From Trichodelitschia bisporula (Eukaryota), in contig ML996690.1 in assembly GCA_010356995.1 (NCBI GenBank), positions 499,420 to 563,419 of the forward strand: a stretch of DNA of 64,000 bases. Reading direction: 5' to 3'. The notes below the pieces were generated by a model. That model made no database searches, was not told the DNA's origin, and saw only the letters and a program-made list of their open reading frames with translations. Position 1 is the first letter of the stretch. Each line of letters begins with the position of its first letter. Shown piece by piece: positions 23,904 to 35,752 of this stretch. The position numbers and the translations under genes are program-made.

Positions 23904-26605
23904 ATGTGGACTCTGGAGTGCGACGGGCCAGTCCTCAGAGGTATAATCTACTTCTATTCCATCATTTCCTTCCCGCTAATCCGTCACGATGCAGGCAAGC
24001 AGATTTGGCTAAAGCCCGGCTCCAGACTGCTCGTTGGCCGCACCCGGCCTTCCAAAGCGGATGGTGACACTGGTAAGACGCGTCTTTATTTGGCTGGGAC
24101 AATGATAACGCGGCTAAGGCTCCTATCTCATCGACCACAAATCGGTGTCGCGTCGTCATATCATCATCTCCGTGGAGGATGTTGAACCTGGGACTGGGGT
24201 ACTTTCTCATAGACCACCGTGTGAACATACTTGCTAACAGCTGCCAGTCACAGCTGCGCACGAAGTCAAAGCTCATCATAGATGAGAGGTCGAAGCTAGG
24301 GACTACGATGGACGGGAAGAAGGTCCACGGAACAATTGACTTGGCGGGTGACGAGCATACGATACAGCTGGGCAACTATGAACATCTGCTTAGGTACCGA
24401 GATCACCGGTCTGGAGACGTGTCTGACAGGAGCGTAGGATCAAATGGCGGCCGGTCGTGCTTACTATCACTTCGCTGAGCAAGACGCAAAAGCGGAGCGA
24501 CGACCCTCTCGGCTCCATCCGGTCCAAGCTTGAGAAGTACGATGTCAAGTTCACTACTGAGCTCATCGTGGGGTCAACAACTCATGTCGTGGCGGCTAAG
24601 AGAAACCAACCCGTGGTGCTTGAGGCACTGGTGCATGGAAAGCATATTGTGACGGGCGCCTACATTCAAGCCATTGTCGACGCAGTAACCCCCCAGCCTA
24701 ATGCCGAGGATCCCGAAAATCCCCTTCCTGCACCGCTGGAGGACGATTTCGAAAAGAACTGGCCGTCGACTGCGGGTTTCATACCTCCTCCCGGCAAGGA
24801 ACCTGTGGTGCGGCCGGAGAGCTACTTTGCACCGAACCCACAACGATATAGCATTTTCTCTCAGTACATCTTCGTCTTCTGCGATTCAACCCAGTTTGAC
24901 AACCTGAAGGGGGTCGTAAATGGCGGAGACGGAAAGGCCTTGCTGTATGAGGACTTCGAGCTAGGGCAAACAAGACCTGAAGATTTTGTGGCATACGTCA
25001 AGCAGGTGGCTGGCCTCAAAGACCCTGATGCCTCTATCCAAGGCAAGAAAGTCGTTGTGGTACGGCTCGCCGCGAAGACGGAGACGGAATGGACGGAAAA
25101 ATTCGTGCAGGACGCTGATTTGCTCCTCGGACAGCGTTCCTTTGCCCAAAATGAGTTTCTGGACGCGATTCTAACGGTTGATACCCGTAGTTTCTGCCAG
25201 CCTCTTTCCGAGGAGGAGGAGCAAGGTAAGCTCCAACTTTCAGCTCATTATGTTTTTGATTTAACCTGCTTTAGGGCCGATAAATTCGCCGGTTAGACAA
25301 GACACTACAACGGCAAGGCCAACAAAGCCGAATGCTCCCCCTCAAGTAGAGACTACTCCGGCTCGGCCGACGACTAGGAATACGACTTATCAGCCAGAAC
25401 CCGCGTCACCCCGCCCTACGAGAATCACTGCTGTGGCCACTCGCCAACAGCCCGCACCCGCGCGGCGAGCCGCGAGAGAGACGTCTCCTGTGAGAGAACC
25501 GTCTCCCCCGAAGGAGCCATTTCCTCCACCCAGAAACCGAACCCCGGAGCCCCCTAAACCCAAGCGGCGACCCCTACGCACCGTCACCGAGAGCCGCTTC
25601 AAAGGCTTCGACGACTTCAACCCCAATGAAATCGTCTCAGTGCCCGACGACGACGATGATGGCATGATGACTCCCCCAGACCAAACCCCAGCCACAAGCC
25701 TCGCCCCCCCTCAAGCATCTCGTGCTGTTTCCGGTACCAAGCGCCGCTCGTCGGTCACCGGCCAGGATGAGGAGATAGATAAGCTCCTCCCTGCCGCCGC
25801 CGCCATGAAGAAGCGCCGTCTCAACACAAATGATCCTCGTGAAAAGACAGTGTCGCCAAAGGCAAAGCCCATGCGCAAGCCGAAGCCTGAAAGGCAAATC
25901 GATGTGATGGAGGAAGTGCGCAAGGCGCGCGAGGCCGCCGAACAAGACGCGCGGCTCGACGAGGACGCGCTCAAGGCGGCCATGGAGGAGATGGATATTG
26001 ACAGCATCCGCTTGGCCGTGAAGATTGAGATCATGGAGGTGAAGCCGCGGGGTGCGCTGGCGGAGCGGGTGGGGGACGAAGGCCGGTGGGATGATCGGTG
26101 GAATGGGCGGAAGAATTTTAAGCGCTTCCGGAGGAAGGGCCAGGATGTGCCCCGCCGGGGACAGCGCGTTATCATTCCGCTTGAGGAGTCGATTAAGCAG
26201 CCTAGTGAGCGGAGTCGTGATGAGTTTGCGGTGCCGACGGGGGAGAGCACGAGTCGCAGTGGCTTGTCGTCGACGGTGGCGAGTCAGCTAGGGAGACTGG
26301 GTGAGGACTCGGATGATGAGACTTCGTTCCGCAGGCAAGTGGCAAGGAGCGCGAGGGGACGGCCACGCGTGGCGGAGAGTGTTACTATTGAGATGGATGA
26401 TGAGAGTGTGGCTGGCGCGTCGACTGTGGCGAAGTCGTACAAGACGGCGAAGACGACGAAGACCGCTGGTTCGACGGGCACGGCGAGGAAGAGGCCGGCT
26501 GCTGCGGAGGCGGAGCAGCCTGCGGCGCGGAGGAGGAAGGTCATTGTGCAACCGGAGCCAGACAGCGATGATAGTGATGATGCGCTGAGATTTCGGAGGA
26601 GGTAG
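23904..26605 (+). CDS. NBS1: Nibrin/Nbs1 (FHA-BRCT, Mre11-binding); five predicted introns between 23941 and about 25296
   Basis: FHA motifs VGR, SVSRRH, SKLGT; BRCT-like TTHVV; KNFKRFRRK Mre11-interaction motif; acidic C-terminus DSDDSDDALRFRRR. Confidence 0.88.
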
Positions 26606-26800
26606 TTTGTTCTTTGAGGGACGTGTAACTGTAATCATATTCCACTTGGAGGATGCTGTAGCAAGCAAGCCACGACCCGCGATGGACGGGATTAACATGT
26701 CTGCCACCCAACTCAATCCCTTATATCCGCCCAATGCCAGCTCCATCGCCATGCATGCAACGCCGGCCTCGTCTATTCATAGAAAAAGCCGTGCCCACCA

Positions 26801-27367
26801 CTACAACGCGCGACACAGCACCAACCCCCCAATCTGCCTCTCCACACACTCGCGACTCTCCATAATCCCCTTATCCGTGCTCACAAACAGACACTCGCCA
26901 GGCCTCGTCAAGCCTTCCACATACCCCGCGCGGCGCCCCCTGGCAATAACTCCCAGGCTCTCATGGTTCATGTGAATCCGCCGCGTGGGCTTGCTCACCA
27001 GCGCCATGCTGGTGAGCACAGGCTTATTGTCCCAGTACTTGAGGTCGAGCCAGATGCGCCTGTGGGCAGGGTTTGCGGGGATGCTGAGCGCGTCGCGTAC
27101 CGGTGTGGTGTCGTCTGGTGCTGGGTAGGCGGCCCATGGCTCTTGCTCTAGCTGTTGTGCGGTTTCGGCGATTTGCTCGGGAAGAACGGGGGGTGTCTCT
27201 GGCGGGCTTAGGGCGCCGATTCGGACATTTTGGACGAAGCCTTGGCTTTGGAGACCGAGGGCCAGGCGCAGGTGGAGCTTGGTGAGGGGGATGGAGGTTA
27301 GGCCCAGCCGGGCGCGGGAGGCGTTTTGGAGGTGCGAGCAGACGTGGGCGAGGTTGACGAGGGACAT
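26801..27367 (-). CDS. MRPS8: Mitochondrial ribosomal protein uS8m
   Basis: MSLVNLAHVCSHLQNASRARLGLTSIP...LKYWDNKPVL..VSKPTRRI...STDKGIMESREC...GGLVLCRA. Confidence 0.93.
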   Translation of the reverse strand: MSLVNLAHVCSHLQNASRARLGLTSIPLTKLHLRLALGLQSQGFVQNVRIGALSPPETPPVLPEQIAETAQQLEQEPWAAYPAPDDTTPVRDALSIPANPAHRRIWLDLKYWDNKPVLTSMALVSKPTRRIHMNHESLGVIARGRRAGYVEGLTRPGECLFVSTDKGIMESRECVERQIGGLVLCRAL

Positions 27368-27861
27368 TGTGGTGGGGTGAGCCCTTCCGGGCGGGGTTGG
27401 TGTGTGGTGGAAGCTGGAGGGGGTTTTGGAGAGGGAGGTGGGGTGAAATTGAGGTCGGAGGGGCGGTGTGGTGGGTATGAGGATTGTTCGGCGATGGTGA
27501 TGTCGAAGTTCGTGGTGTTGAGGATTGAAGATTGAAGATTCTCGCCGAGATGCGATGCGGCACTTGATTGGATGGGCTAAGCGCTGCACGGTGGGTAGCA
27601 TTGCGCCACAGCGAGTCGAATCGGGCTGATTTGTGGCGCTGTTGGCTTCATTGGGTGTGGATGAGCTGAACTTCTTCTCTTCCGATTCTTCTTCTTCCTT
27701 TTCCGTTGACTGACTCTTCTCCTCCCGTGTCTCTACAGTATTCTTGCTTTGCGCCCGTCTGATTACACGACCTGTTGCGTTGCCGTGGTGTTGTTTGCTC
27801 TCGTCTCATCCCCCACTCACCCCTCATCCCCGCATCTCAGCCCCGTCAGCCAGACCCCGAA

Positions 27862-29491
27862 ATGCCAGTCCAACCAGGCGAGGTATCGCTGCTCACCGTG
27901 TGCGTAACTCCCTCTCTCTCAAGCGCAATAAGCTGACCCTCCACAGCTTCGCAGACGTGCACTACTTCTTCAGTCCGCCGACTACAAAGCCGCCGCACCA
28001 CCGCTTCGACAAGCGCTCCTATGTGTACCTCTACCACGACGCGCTCAACAAGCGCGGGCGCCTGGAAATCGCCAACCATGCCGGAACGGCAGAGCAAGAT
28101 GCCTTCACGGGCTGTACGTGAAGCTCCTCGTCCACCAACGTCACTAACACAAGCCAGACCTCGACCTCTCAACCGTAGACTACACCTACAAGCAACCCAC
28201 CCTCTTCACCATCACCGTCGCCCCCCCTTCCCCCTCCCCCCCACCACAAACATCAACATGGCAGCTCCCGGCCCCCGACCCCCGCGCCCCAGACAACAAA
28301 TACATGTACAAGATTCACACGGTGGACATCTACCTCTGGACCCCGGAAGACGCATCCCTCTTCCTCGACTCGCTCAAGCGCGTCCTGCACCAACCCCAAG
28401 TGCGCGTGTCTGACATCCCGCCCGCCCATGCCGAGCACAGGGATAGCATGTCGCCCGTCGTGCAAAAGCTCGAGAAGGCAGTTATATCCACACCGTACGA
28501 CCGCTCCGCCAGCATCAGCACCACGCACAGCGGCCCGCCGCCTCAGGCGCAGCAGCCCCAGCCCCAAGCCCCGCAAGCCCAAACACCCGTATCCCCCCCT
28601 CCCCCACCGGCCCCCCAACCCCCCCAAGCCTTCACCCCAATGGCCTACAACCCAGCCGCCCCCGCCGCCCCCGAACCCATCGCTCACCGAGAAAAGACCC
28701 CACCCCCCCCCGACGCCGACTCCGGGCTCGGCCTCAACGCCCACCCCCAAGCGCAGCCACCGCCACAATCAGCCTACACCAACCCCTTAACCCAAACCTT
28801 CACCCCCCAACCCGCCACCGGCTACGCCCCAGGCCCCGGTCTCCAACGCGCCAACACCTTCGCGCCCGTCCCCGCGCCCACATCCAGCCCCTACCAGCAG
28901 GCTGCCGCGGCCTCTCCAGTCGGGTATCCGCCGTCCTTCGCCGGCCCGCCTGCGGACCCGAATGCGCATTTGTATGCTGGCTCCACGAGCCACACGCCGC
29001 AGCCCGCGCCCGGTGGACTGCAAAGGCAGAACACGATGCCGGCGTATGGGTTCGCGGGGCCGCCGATTGGGCCGCCGAGTGCGGTGAGTCCAACTGCGGG
29101 GGGGCAGGCGGGGTATCCCGGGTATCCCGCCGCGGCTCCGCAGGGCGCGTATGGGGCGAGTCCTGTGGCTGGACCTGCGGCTGGTGCCTATGGGGGGAGT
29201 CCCGCGGGGAGTCCTGGGTTGCCGGGGCAGGGGTACCAACAGGGGTATGCTGCCGGGCAGCAAGTGCCGGGGCAACAGGTGCCGGGGCAGTATGGCAGTT
29301 ATGGGCCCGTGGCGGAGGCGGGGACTACGCACTCGCTGCATGGGCAGTTGTATAGGCCTGAGGGCGAAGGGGCGAAGCCGGCGAAGCCGGGCGGCGGGCA
29401 GGAGGCTGCGACGGGGAAGTTTGAGCAGCGGGCGGATCGGATTGAGAAGGGGGTGAGCAGGTTTTTGAAGAAGTTGGATAAGAAGTTTTAG
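27862..29491 (+). CDS. Hypothetical fungal protein with a folded N-terminal domain and a Pro/Gln/Gly/Tyr-rich tail; two introns (about 27900-27946, 28114-28157)
   Basis: Spliced N-terminus MPVQPGEVSLLTVFADVHYFF...HHRFDKRSYVYLY; canonical splice signals; gene-like codon bias; C-terminus EKGVSRFLKKLDKKF. Confidence 0.8.
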
Positions 29492-30054
29492 GTTTCGGGA
29501 TGTCTTGGTGGGTTTGGATGTGTGGCGGGTTGGGAGCGTTATGGGGAGCTTTGAGCGGCTTGGGGTTGTATATGCTTACACGTTAGCTTTGCTGTTGTTT
29601 GATGCGCTGTAATTGCAGACCGTTTGACCTGCTTTGGAGATTAATGTCGATGTGTCTTACCGTCGCCGCTGCCGTCCAATTTAGACATGTTCTTCGCGAG
29701 ATATCTCTAGCTCAATGCGTACCAAGGTATCATTCCAATCGCGCTATCCCTCTAGACTCATATACCAATGCCTGTCAAAACACCGTGTCCTTATAATCGG
29801 CTCAGCCTATCGCGCCTCAGACTCAGGCTCGCCAGAAGGCGGCTCGGTCTCGGGCTCGGGATCCCCCTCCTCCACTAGAGTTAGCCTGATGTCCAAAAAT
29901 TCCAGCGCTCCGCGCACAACTGTAGCAACCACAAGTCTATACAGCGGATACAGCATCAAATCATAAATTCAACCAGGGGTATATCTCGTCCACGCCGAAC
30001 ACCCAGACGCCACGAACACGCGAAAGCAACACCCCCCAAAGGCACGCAACGCCA

Positions 30055-30473
30055 TCAGTCCTGACTCACTTTCGCGACAATCTTCCACTCTGCATCCCAT
30101 TAGCCCCATCCACAAAGACACACTCATCAGCTCACCCTGGCGACACATAGGACACCGGCCGTGACTCGTCTCCGCGCGGATCCAGACAAAGATGCAATGC
30201 TGCCATCGTCAGTCCCATCCACCTCAACCAAGCCTGGCACACTCACCGCGTGGAAGCAGTGGTTGCACTCTCCCCAGACTGTGTGACGTTAGTAAGTTGG
30301 TTCGTTTGGAGGATTGATATGGGGGACGCACGCAGCGGACACTCGTCGCCCGGATACTTGCACTTGGAGCACGTGCTGTCGTACGGGCTGCGACAGATGC
30401 CGCAGACGTCGTCTTCGGGCATGTCCCAGCGCCAGGCGGCGACGGCGGTCCAGGATTTTATGTTTACTTTCAT
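30055..30473 (-). CDS. APC11: Anaphase-promoting complex subunit 11 (RING-H2); introns 30279-30331, 30200-30246, 30090-30135; 3' end uncertain
   Basis: MKVNIKSWTAVAAWRWD...CGICR...[31 protein letters not shown]...CPMCRQEW. Confidence 0.92.
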
Positions 30474-31184
30474 GATCGTAGATATGGAGGCGATGTGCTT
30501 GTGAGAGCGCGGTGATGTACGGCGGGTGGGGAAGGGGGTTGGAGATTCAGAAGCGAGCTGTGGTTTTGTGATGAGAATTGTGGAGCAGAACGAAGATGTG
30601 AGGAAGAAAGACAAGTCCAACGCGCTGCTGGACCATTTGATGCCAAGCACGCGATGTTGCTGTGCACGAAGTCACATGTCAGGCACGACATCTGCATCGC
30701 GATAAGTAGCTTAGTCATCGCCATCTCTATCCATATTGGCCGGCACCCCGCCTAGCAACGGCTTTCCTGTGGCGGGGAAAAACGTAGCTTCACGCCAACT
30801 CTCAAAGAGGACAAGACGCCAAACTTGCTAGACGCTTGTGCCAAACATCACCAGGTGCCTTTGGCACGAAGCATGGCCGCTTTTGTTTCCCATTCCCTCT
30901 TCCTCCCTCTGTCCGCCGCTACGAGCGCAATTGGCCCTTTTTAAACCCCTCTTCGCTCCGCTCTGCTCCCCTCCCCGCAATCATCACCCTCTATCCTCTA
31001 CCCTTTACCCACCCCCCCCGACCCCCTCCCCGCACCGCGACTTTCCCCGACCGCCGGCATAAAGTGTCGTAATCCACATCCCGGCACCTCCCACGAACCC
31101 CTCACCTGCAAGGCAGCGTCACAGCTCGCAGGACGCTAGTCTGCATCTCCTCCTCTTCGAAGCCATCTCACTCATACAGCCAAA

Positions 31185-32249
31185 ATGGCCTTCCGCAATC
31201 TCACCTCGCGTCCCGGCATCCACTTCATCACCAAGTGCAACATGTCCTCCACATCCACCCGCTCCTACACCCTCTCCTCCTGCCTCGTCACCCCCGCCGA
31301 ACTCTCCACCGCCATGCGCAAAAACGTATACACCCGCCTCTCCACCGCGCCACGCATCGTCCCCCTCTGCGCGGCCTGGTTCATGCCCAACGACCCCCAA
31401 AACCGCACCGGCTACGCCTCCTTCGTGGAAAAGCGCATCCCACACGCCAAATTCTTCGACCTCGACGCGGTGAAAGACGACTCCTCGCCCTACCCACACA
31501 TGCTCCCCTCCTCCGAACGCTTCGCCGCCGAAATGCGCAAGCTGGGCATCCACAAGGACGACAGCGTGGTGGTGTACGACACGGCTGAGCTCGGCATCTT
31601 CAGCGCACCGCGCGTGGCGTGGACGTTCAAGGTCTTCGGGCATGATGCCGTGCACATCTTGAACAACTTTAAGCTGTATGTTGATCAGGGGTTTCCGTTG
31701 GAGAAGGGCGAGCCGGAGGTAGAGGAGGTCGGGTCTGTGAATTACCCGGTGCCGGAGCTGGATAAGTCCCGTGTGGCCACGTTTGAGGATTTGAAGGAGC
31801 GGGTGGGGGAGCGCGGGAAGGAGGGCGCTGAGGATGTGCTTGTGCTTGATGCGCGGAGCACGGGGCGCTGGGAGGGTAAGGAGGCTGAGCCGCGGGCTGG
31901 TATGTCTCCCTTCTCCCCCTCACCCACTCAAGTTAACAGTCCAGGTCTCTCCTCCGGCCACATGCCCGGCAGCATCTCGATCCCGTTCGGCGACGTCCTG
32001 CATGGCCGCACCAAGGCCTTCCTGCCCGCTGAGGAACTGAAGATTTACTTTGCAACGCGCGATGTTGACCCCGCGAAGCCGATTGTCAGCTCTTGTGGCA
32101 CGGGCGTCACGGCGTGTGTGCTTGATGCTGCGCTGAATGAGGCAGGTTTTCCGGAGGAGGGAAGGAGGGTGTATGATGGGAGTTGGACAGAGTGGGCGCA
32201 GCGCGTGAAGCCGGAGGAGGGGTTGATCAAGGAGGGGAAGGTGGCGTAG
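31185..32249 (+). CDS. TUM1: 3-mercaptopyruvate/thiosulfate sulfurtransferase (double rhodanese); intron 31900-31944
   Basis: RIPHAKFFDLD, PHMLPS, SAPRVAW, DARS.GR, SGHMPG, active-site CGTGVTA, YDGSWTEW. Confidence 0.92.
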   Translation: MAFRNLTSRPGIHFITKCNMSSTSTRSYTLSSCLVTPAELSTAMRKNVYTRLSTAPRIVPLCAAWFMPNDPQNRTGYASFVEKRIPHAKFFDLDAVKDDSSPYPHMLPSSERFAAEMRKLGIHKDDSVVVYDTAELGIFSAPRVAWTFKVFGHDAVHILNNFKLYVDQGFPLEKGEPEVEEVGSVNYPVPELDKSRVATFEDLKERVGERGKEGAEDVLVLDARSTGRWEGKEAEPRAGMSPFSPSPTQVNSPGLSSGHMPGSISIPFGDVLHGRTKAFLPAEELKIYFATRDVDPAKPIVSSCGTGVTACVLDAALNEAGFPEEGRRVYDGSWTEWAQRVKPEEGLIKEGKVA

Positions 32250-33641
32250 GGTGGAGAGAAGAGAGAGATGCGGATTGGGATGAGCATGAATATAAAACTG
32301 CGCAAGTTGGTGGACATGAGATGGAGATGAGATGGAGATGCGCGCTTGGTAGGCTGGGACTGTAAATTTGCAAATATGCTAGGTGCGTTGGGCTGGAAGG
32401 GATAGTTTAATCGGCAATGATACCCCCCTCAGAGACGTGGTCCGGTGGTGGTGGTTGGATATCGGTGGTCGACGCCTCGCTAGACGGCATGTCCTGGCGT
32501 TCAACCACTGTTCTCGGTCTCCTTCTCCAAAGTCCACCATGGACACATACCTCCCGTTGTCCCAGATCCCATCAGTCGTGGTATGACCAGATTCTGGATG
32601 CGACTGATGCAGACATGAAAGGAGCATTGGTATGGTGGGAAGGAGCATACTAGAACCAAGGGTCATGATGTAATGAGCGCATGATAGAAGGAGCAAAGGA
32701 GGATACTTGGTGTCGAGGATTTAAGTCATGAGGACCTCTTCCTCTCTTCCTCTCTTTATCATCGACTTCAATCTTCAGTTTACCCAGTTGCCGCTGCAAA
32801 TTCTAGAACTTTGCTCCCATCTGACAAGGAACCTGGCTCCCATTCGGCTTGGGGATATGTGGGTTAGGGTGTCGCTCGGCCCGGGCGTCCTCGGAAAGTT
32901 ATGGCCGCACATGTCCGTAAAGATACCCAGGAAGGCGGTTATTACTTTTCCACGTAGCCCTGGGTCACTGCGGCGCGAGGCCTTCGTCGTCCTCAGGAGC
33001 ACAGTTCGCGATATTTACTTCACATATTAAGTCACCGGATACTCCCAGATGCAGGCTACATTTATATATGCTCTACAATGTGTCCGAGTGTCGGAGTGGA
33101 TTTGTGCCGATTTTCAACGAGCAAGGCTGACATATTCAATTCCCAATCCGGAAGGCGAAATACCTGCCTCGCGACGCCTCCGTTGCAAATAAACTGCATC
33201 CCTATCCTAAGAGAGGAGGACGAACCCAGGTCTTCGCTAAACCAGCAATTCCTCATTCTCTCCGTTACATCAATGCCGCCTCCAACCCCGCACTCAGCAC
33301 CTCCAGCGTGACGACTCTCGGCTGCGCAGTTTATTCCGGGCGGGGCGCCCCGCACTCGCGAGAAACAAAAACGACGCGTCCAACCCCACACCGAGGCCCA
33401 TCACGCATGAAACAAACACGCACAACGCGCCGACTCCACGTCGACCGATTGGCCCCTCCAACGTGCAGCGCATGAATTCACCTGCAGCCATGTCTTTCCC
33501 TATCAACCGCTAACAATACACTGACAGTGCCGAATCTCCGCGCCATCCCGCCTGTCTTTCGTAAAAACCGAATGATCGACACCGGCGCGATATTGCCTCC
33601 CTATGCGCTGGCAGAGTGTGGCTGCCTGAGCCCGGGATGTT

Positions 33642-33657
33642 GGGGGGGGGGGGGGGG
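33642..33657. repeat. G16 homopolymer
   Basis: Direct reading. Confidence 0.9.
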
Positions 33658-35752
33658 AAGGCGCTATACGGTACCGTATTGGCGCGCTAGGAAGCAGGGC
33701 AGAGTAGCTCTTGGGTATTCCCGCAGAGGCGGCGCGTCGTGAAAGCAAGATTCACATCGCGAGCGGAGGTATTAGCGGCGGGGAGCCTTAGGCGCGGGAT
33801 GGGGGATTGGTGCGCAGCAAAGAGAAGATAGCTCGGGCAGTTGATCGCGCACAGCAGTTGGATCACAGCGACGCGATGCACCCCGCATGTCCTGCACGAA
33901 CGGAACAGCCTCCTTGCGGTAATACCTATCTTGCATACGCTGAACGCCCAGTTATCTACCCGCGACGCACAGTCACAGCATCTACCACAGATACTGTGGT
34001 GCCCAACCGGGACCCGCGGGCGGACCGCATCAATCCGCAATCTACACTACCCGCCCGCGACCTATATCCTACCGCATATAGCAAGGGATGAAGGCGTCAG
34101 CCGTATTCACCTCACCTGCATGAGCGAAGGCTGAGCAGATATTAAGTCCAGTGGTCAACTGTCAACAACGCGTGCAAGCGAAACCCAACATGTTGACATA
34201 CGCGTTCCCCGCCTCCTCTGCCCCCCATCGAGATACCCCACGCCCCACCGTCGGCTTCCCCAAGCCTCCAGCACCAGCCTCAGTCTCAGCCCTGCGCCCA
34301 TGCCACTCCACGTCAATTAAACCCTCACCGCCATCCCGCGCCACACGGACCGCCAGCCGTCCCCTGCTCGACGTACAAGCGCGCAAGCGCGCGTCTGTAC
34401 GCGGGTTGGGAGAAGGAGGGCGCGAGTGCCGCGGCCCCGCTCGGAGTCCATCTCCGAAGAAACCAACCACGTCTGGCTCGGCAAATACTAGACATTGAGT
34501 ATGAAATGCTTAACTAGCCAATTGTCACTGTGCCCATCTCCCGCCGCAGAGGTAAGGGCGCTCAAAGGACACGCAGGGTCCGCGAATCTGCGTCGCGATC
34601 GGGGCGCGCGACACCCCGGCTGCTTTGCCGGGGCCCCTTGCGATTCGAGCCGATTGCGCCGGGATGTGGTTCGGCAGCCCCTTATACCGGGGCGAAGGGG
34701 TTGGAAACGGGAGGCTGGGGGGGTACGTACCCGAGTCCGCGGGCAATGGGAAACGACGGGGGTGTTGTCGTTCGTCTTCAGATCCAGAAGTCAAAAAGTT
34801 CACGTCAATTGCGAGGGAGCAGAGTGGAACAGAAAGGGTTGCTTTTACTGCCGAGCGCATGCGCGAACTCGATAAGACCTGCCAGTTACAAAGAGCAACC
34901 GCCCCAGCGCAACCCTCTGTTAAACACGGGGCCCCGGTTTCCCCAAACTACCCCCCAATCCAGCTTTTGTGGAATGGATGTCGAATGCAAAAACCCGAGT
35001 ATCCCGCTCCAAAGTCAATCCTTCAATCCACGGCTACCATGGATTTTGTCTCAATTTCGCTTCACCCCATGCCGCGGCGGTCAGAGACTCTCGCCCGCGT
35101 GCACATTGCCCACCCAGTCCGCCCATCCTACCCGTAGTATCTGCCATCCTGCGAACGAGCGAGGAGAGAAGAGCCCATCGATGCTCACAACTGCGGCCCC
35201 CGCCCGCAAGCTCTCTCCCGCTTTCCGTTCTTGCAGCGCAAAAGCGCACCCGTGCCGCAGCCGATAACCGGCTGCCGAACGCACGGGTGGCCTCAGCCGC
35301 ACCCAAAAGGAAAAATAAAGGAAATGCAGACAGCAATCAAGAAAATCTTTCTCAAAGGCCATATGCTTTTTGTGCCTCGCCTATGCTTGTCCGACTGGTA
35401 AAACTTGGAGACGTTAGGAAAACAAGACAGCGCGCGGTAAAGGGGACATGTATTGCGCGAACACGCAAATCACAAACCGCTGGGATATTGTGGTATACAG
35501 AAAAAACAGACAGATTAATGTTCAAAGATCGGAGAAAGATCAAAATCCATCTGGGACTCGCTTGCTTGCTGTGAAATGCCGGTGAATCAGTAAAAAAAAA
35601 AACAAAGAGAGAAACGACATGTCGAACCGAATGCTCAGATCGGTGCCATACAGGTGTTTTTGATACAAGCGGGTGGTGTGGTTGATGTGGATGAACGGTT
35701 TGAAGGGGCGCAGGGAGCGGTGTGGAGGCTCCGAGCGCCAGGCATGACGTCT

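Noticed and set aside
32861..32869. GGGTTAGGG, and CCTAACCCT near 40782, as telomerase RNA template candidates
   Set aside because: 9-mers of this kind are expected by chance in 64 kb; I could not see a pseudoknot or three-way junction nearby.
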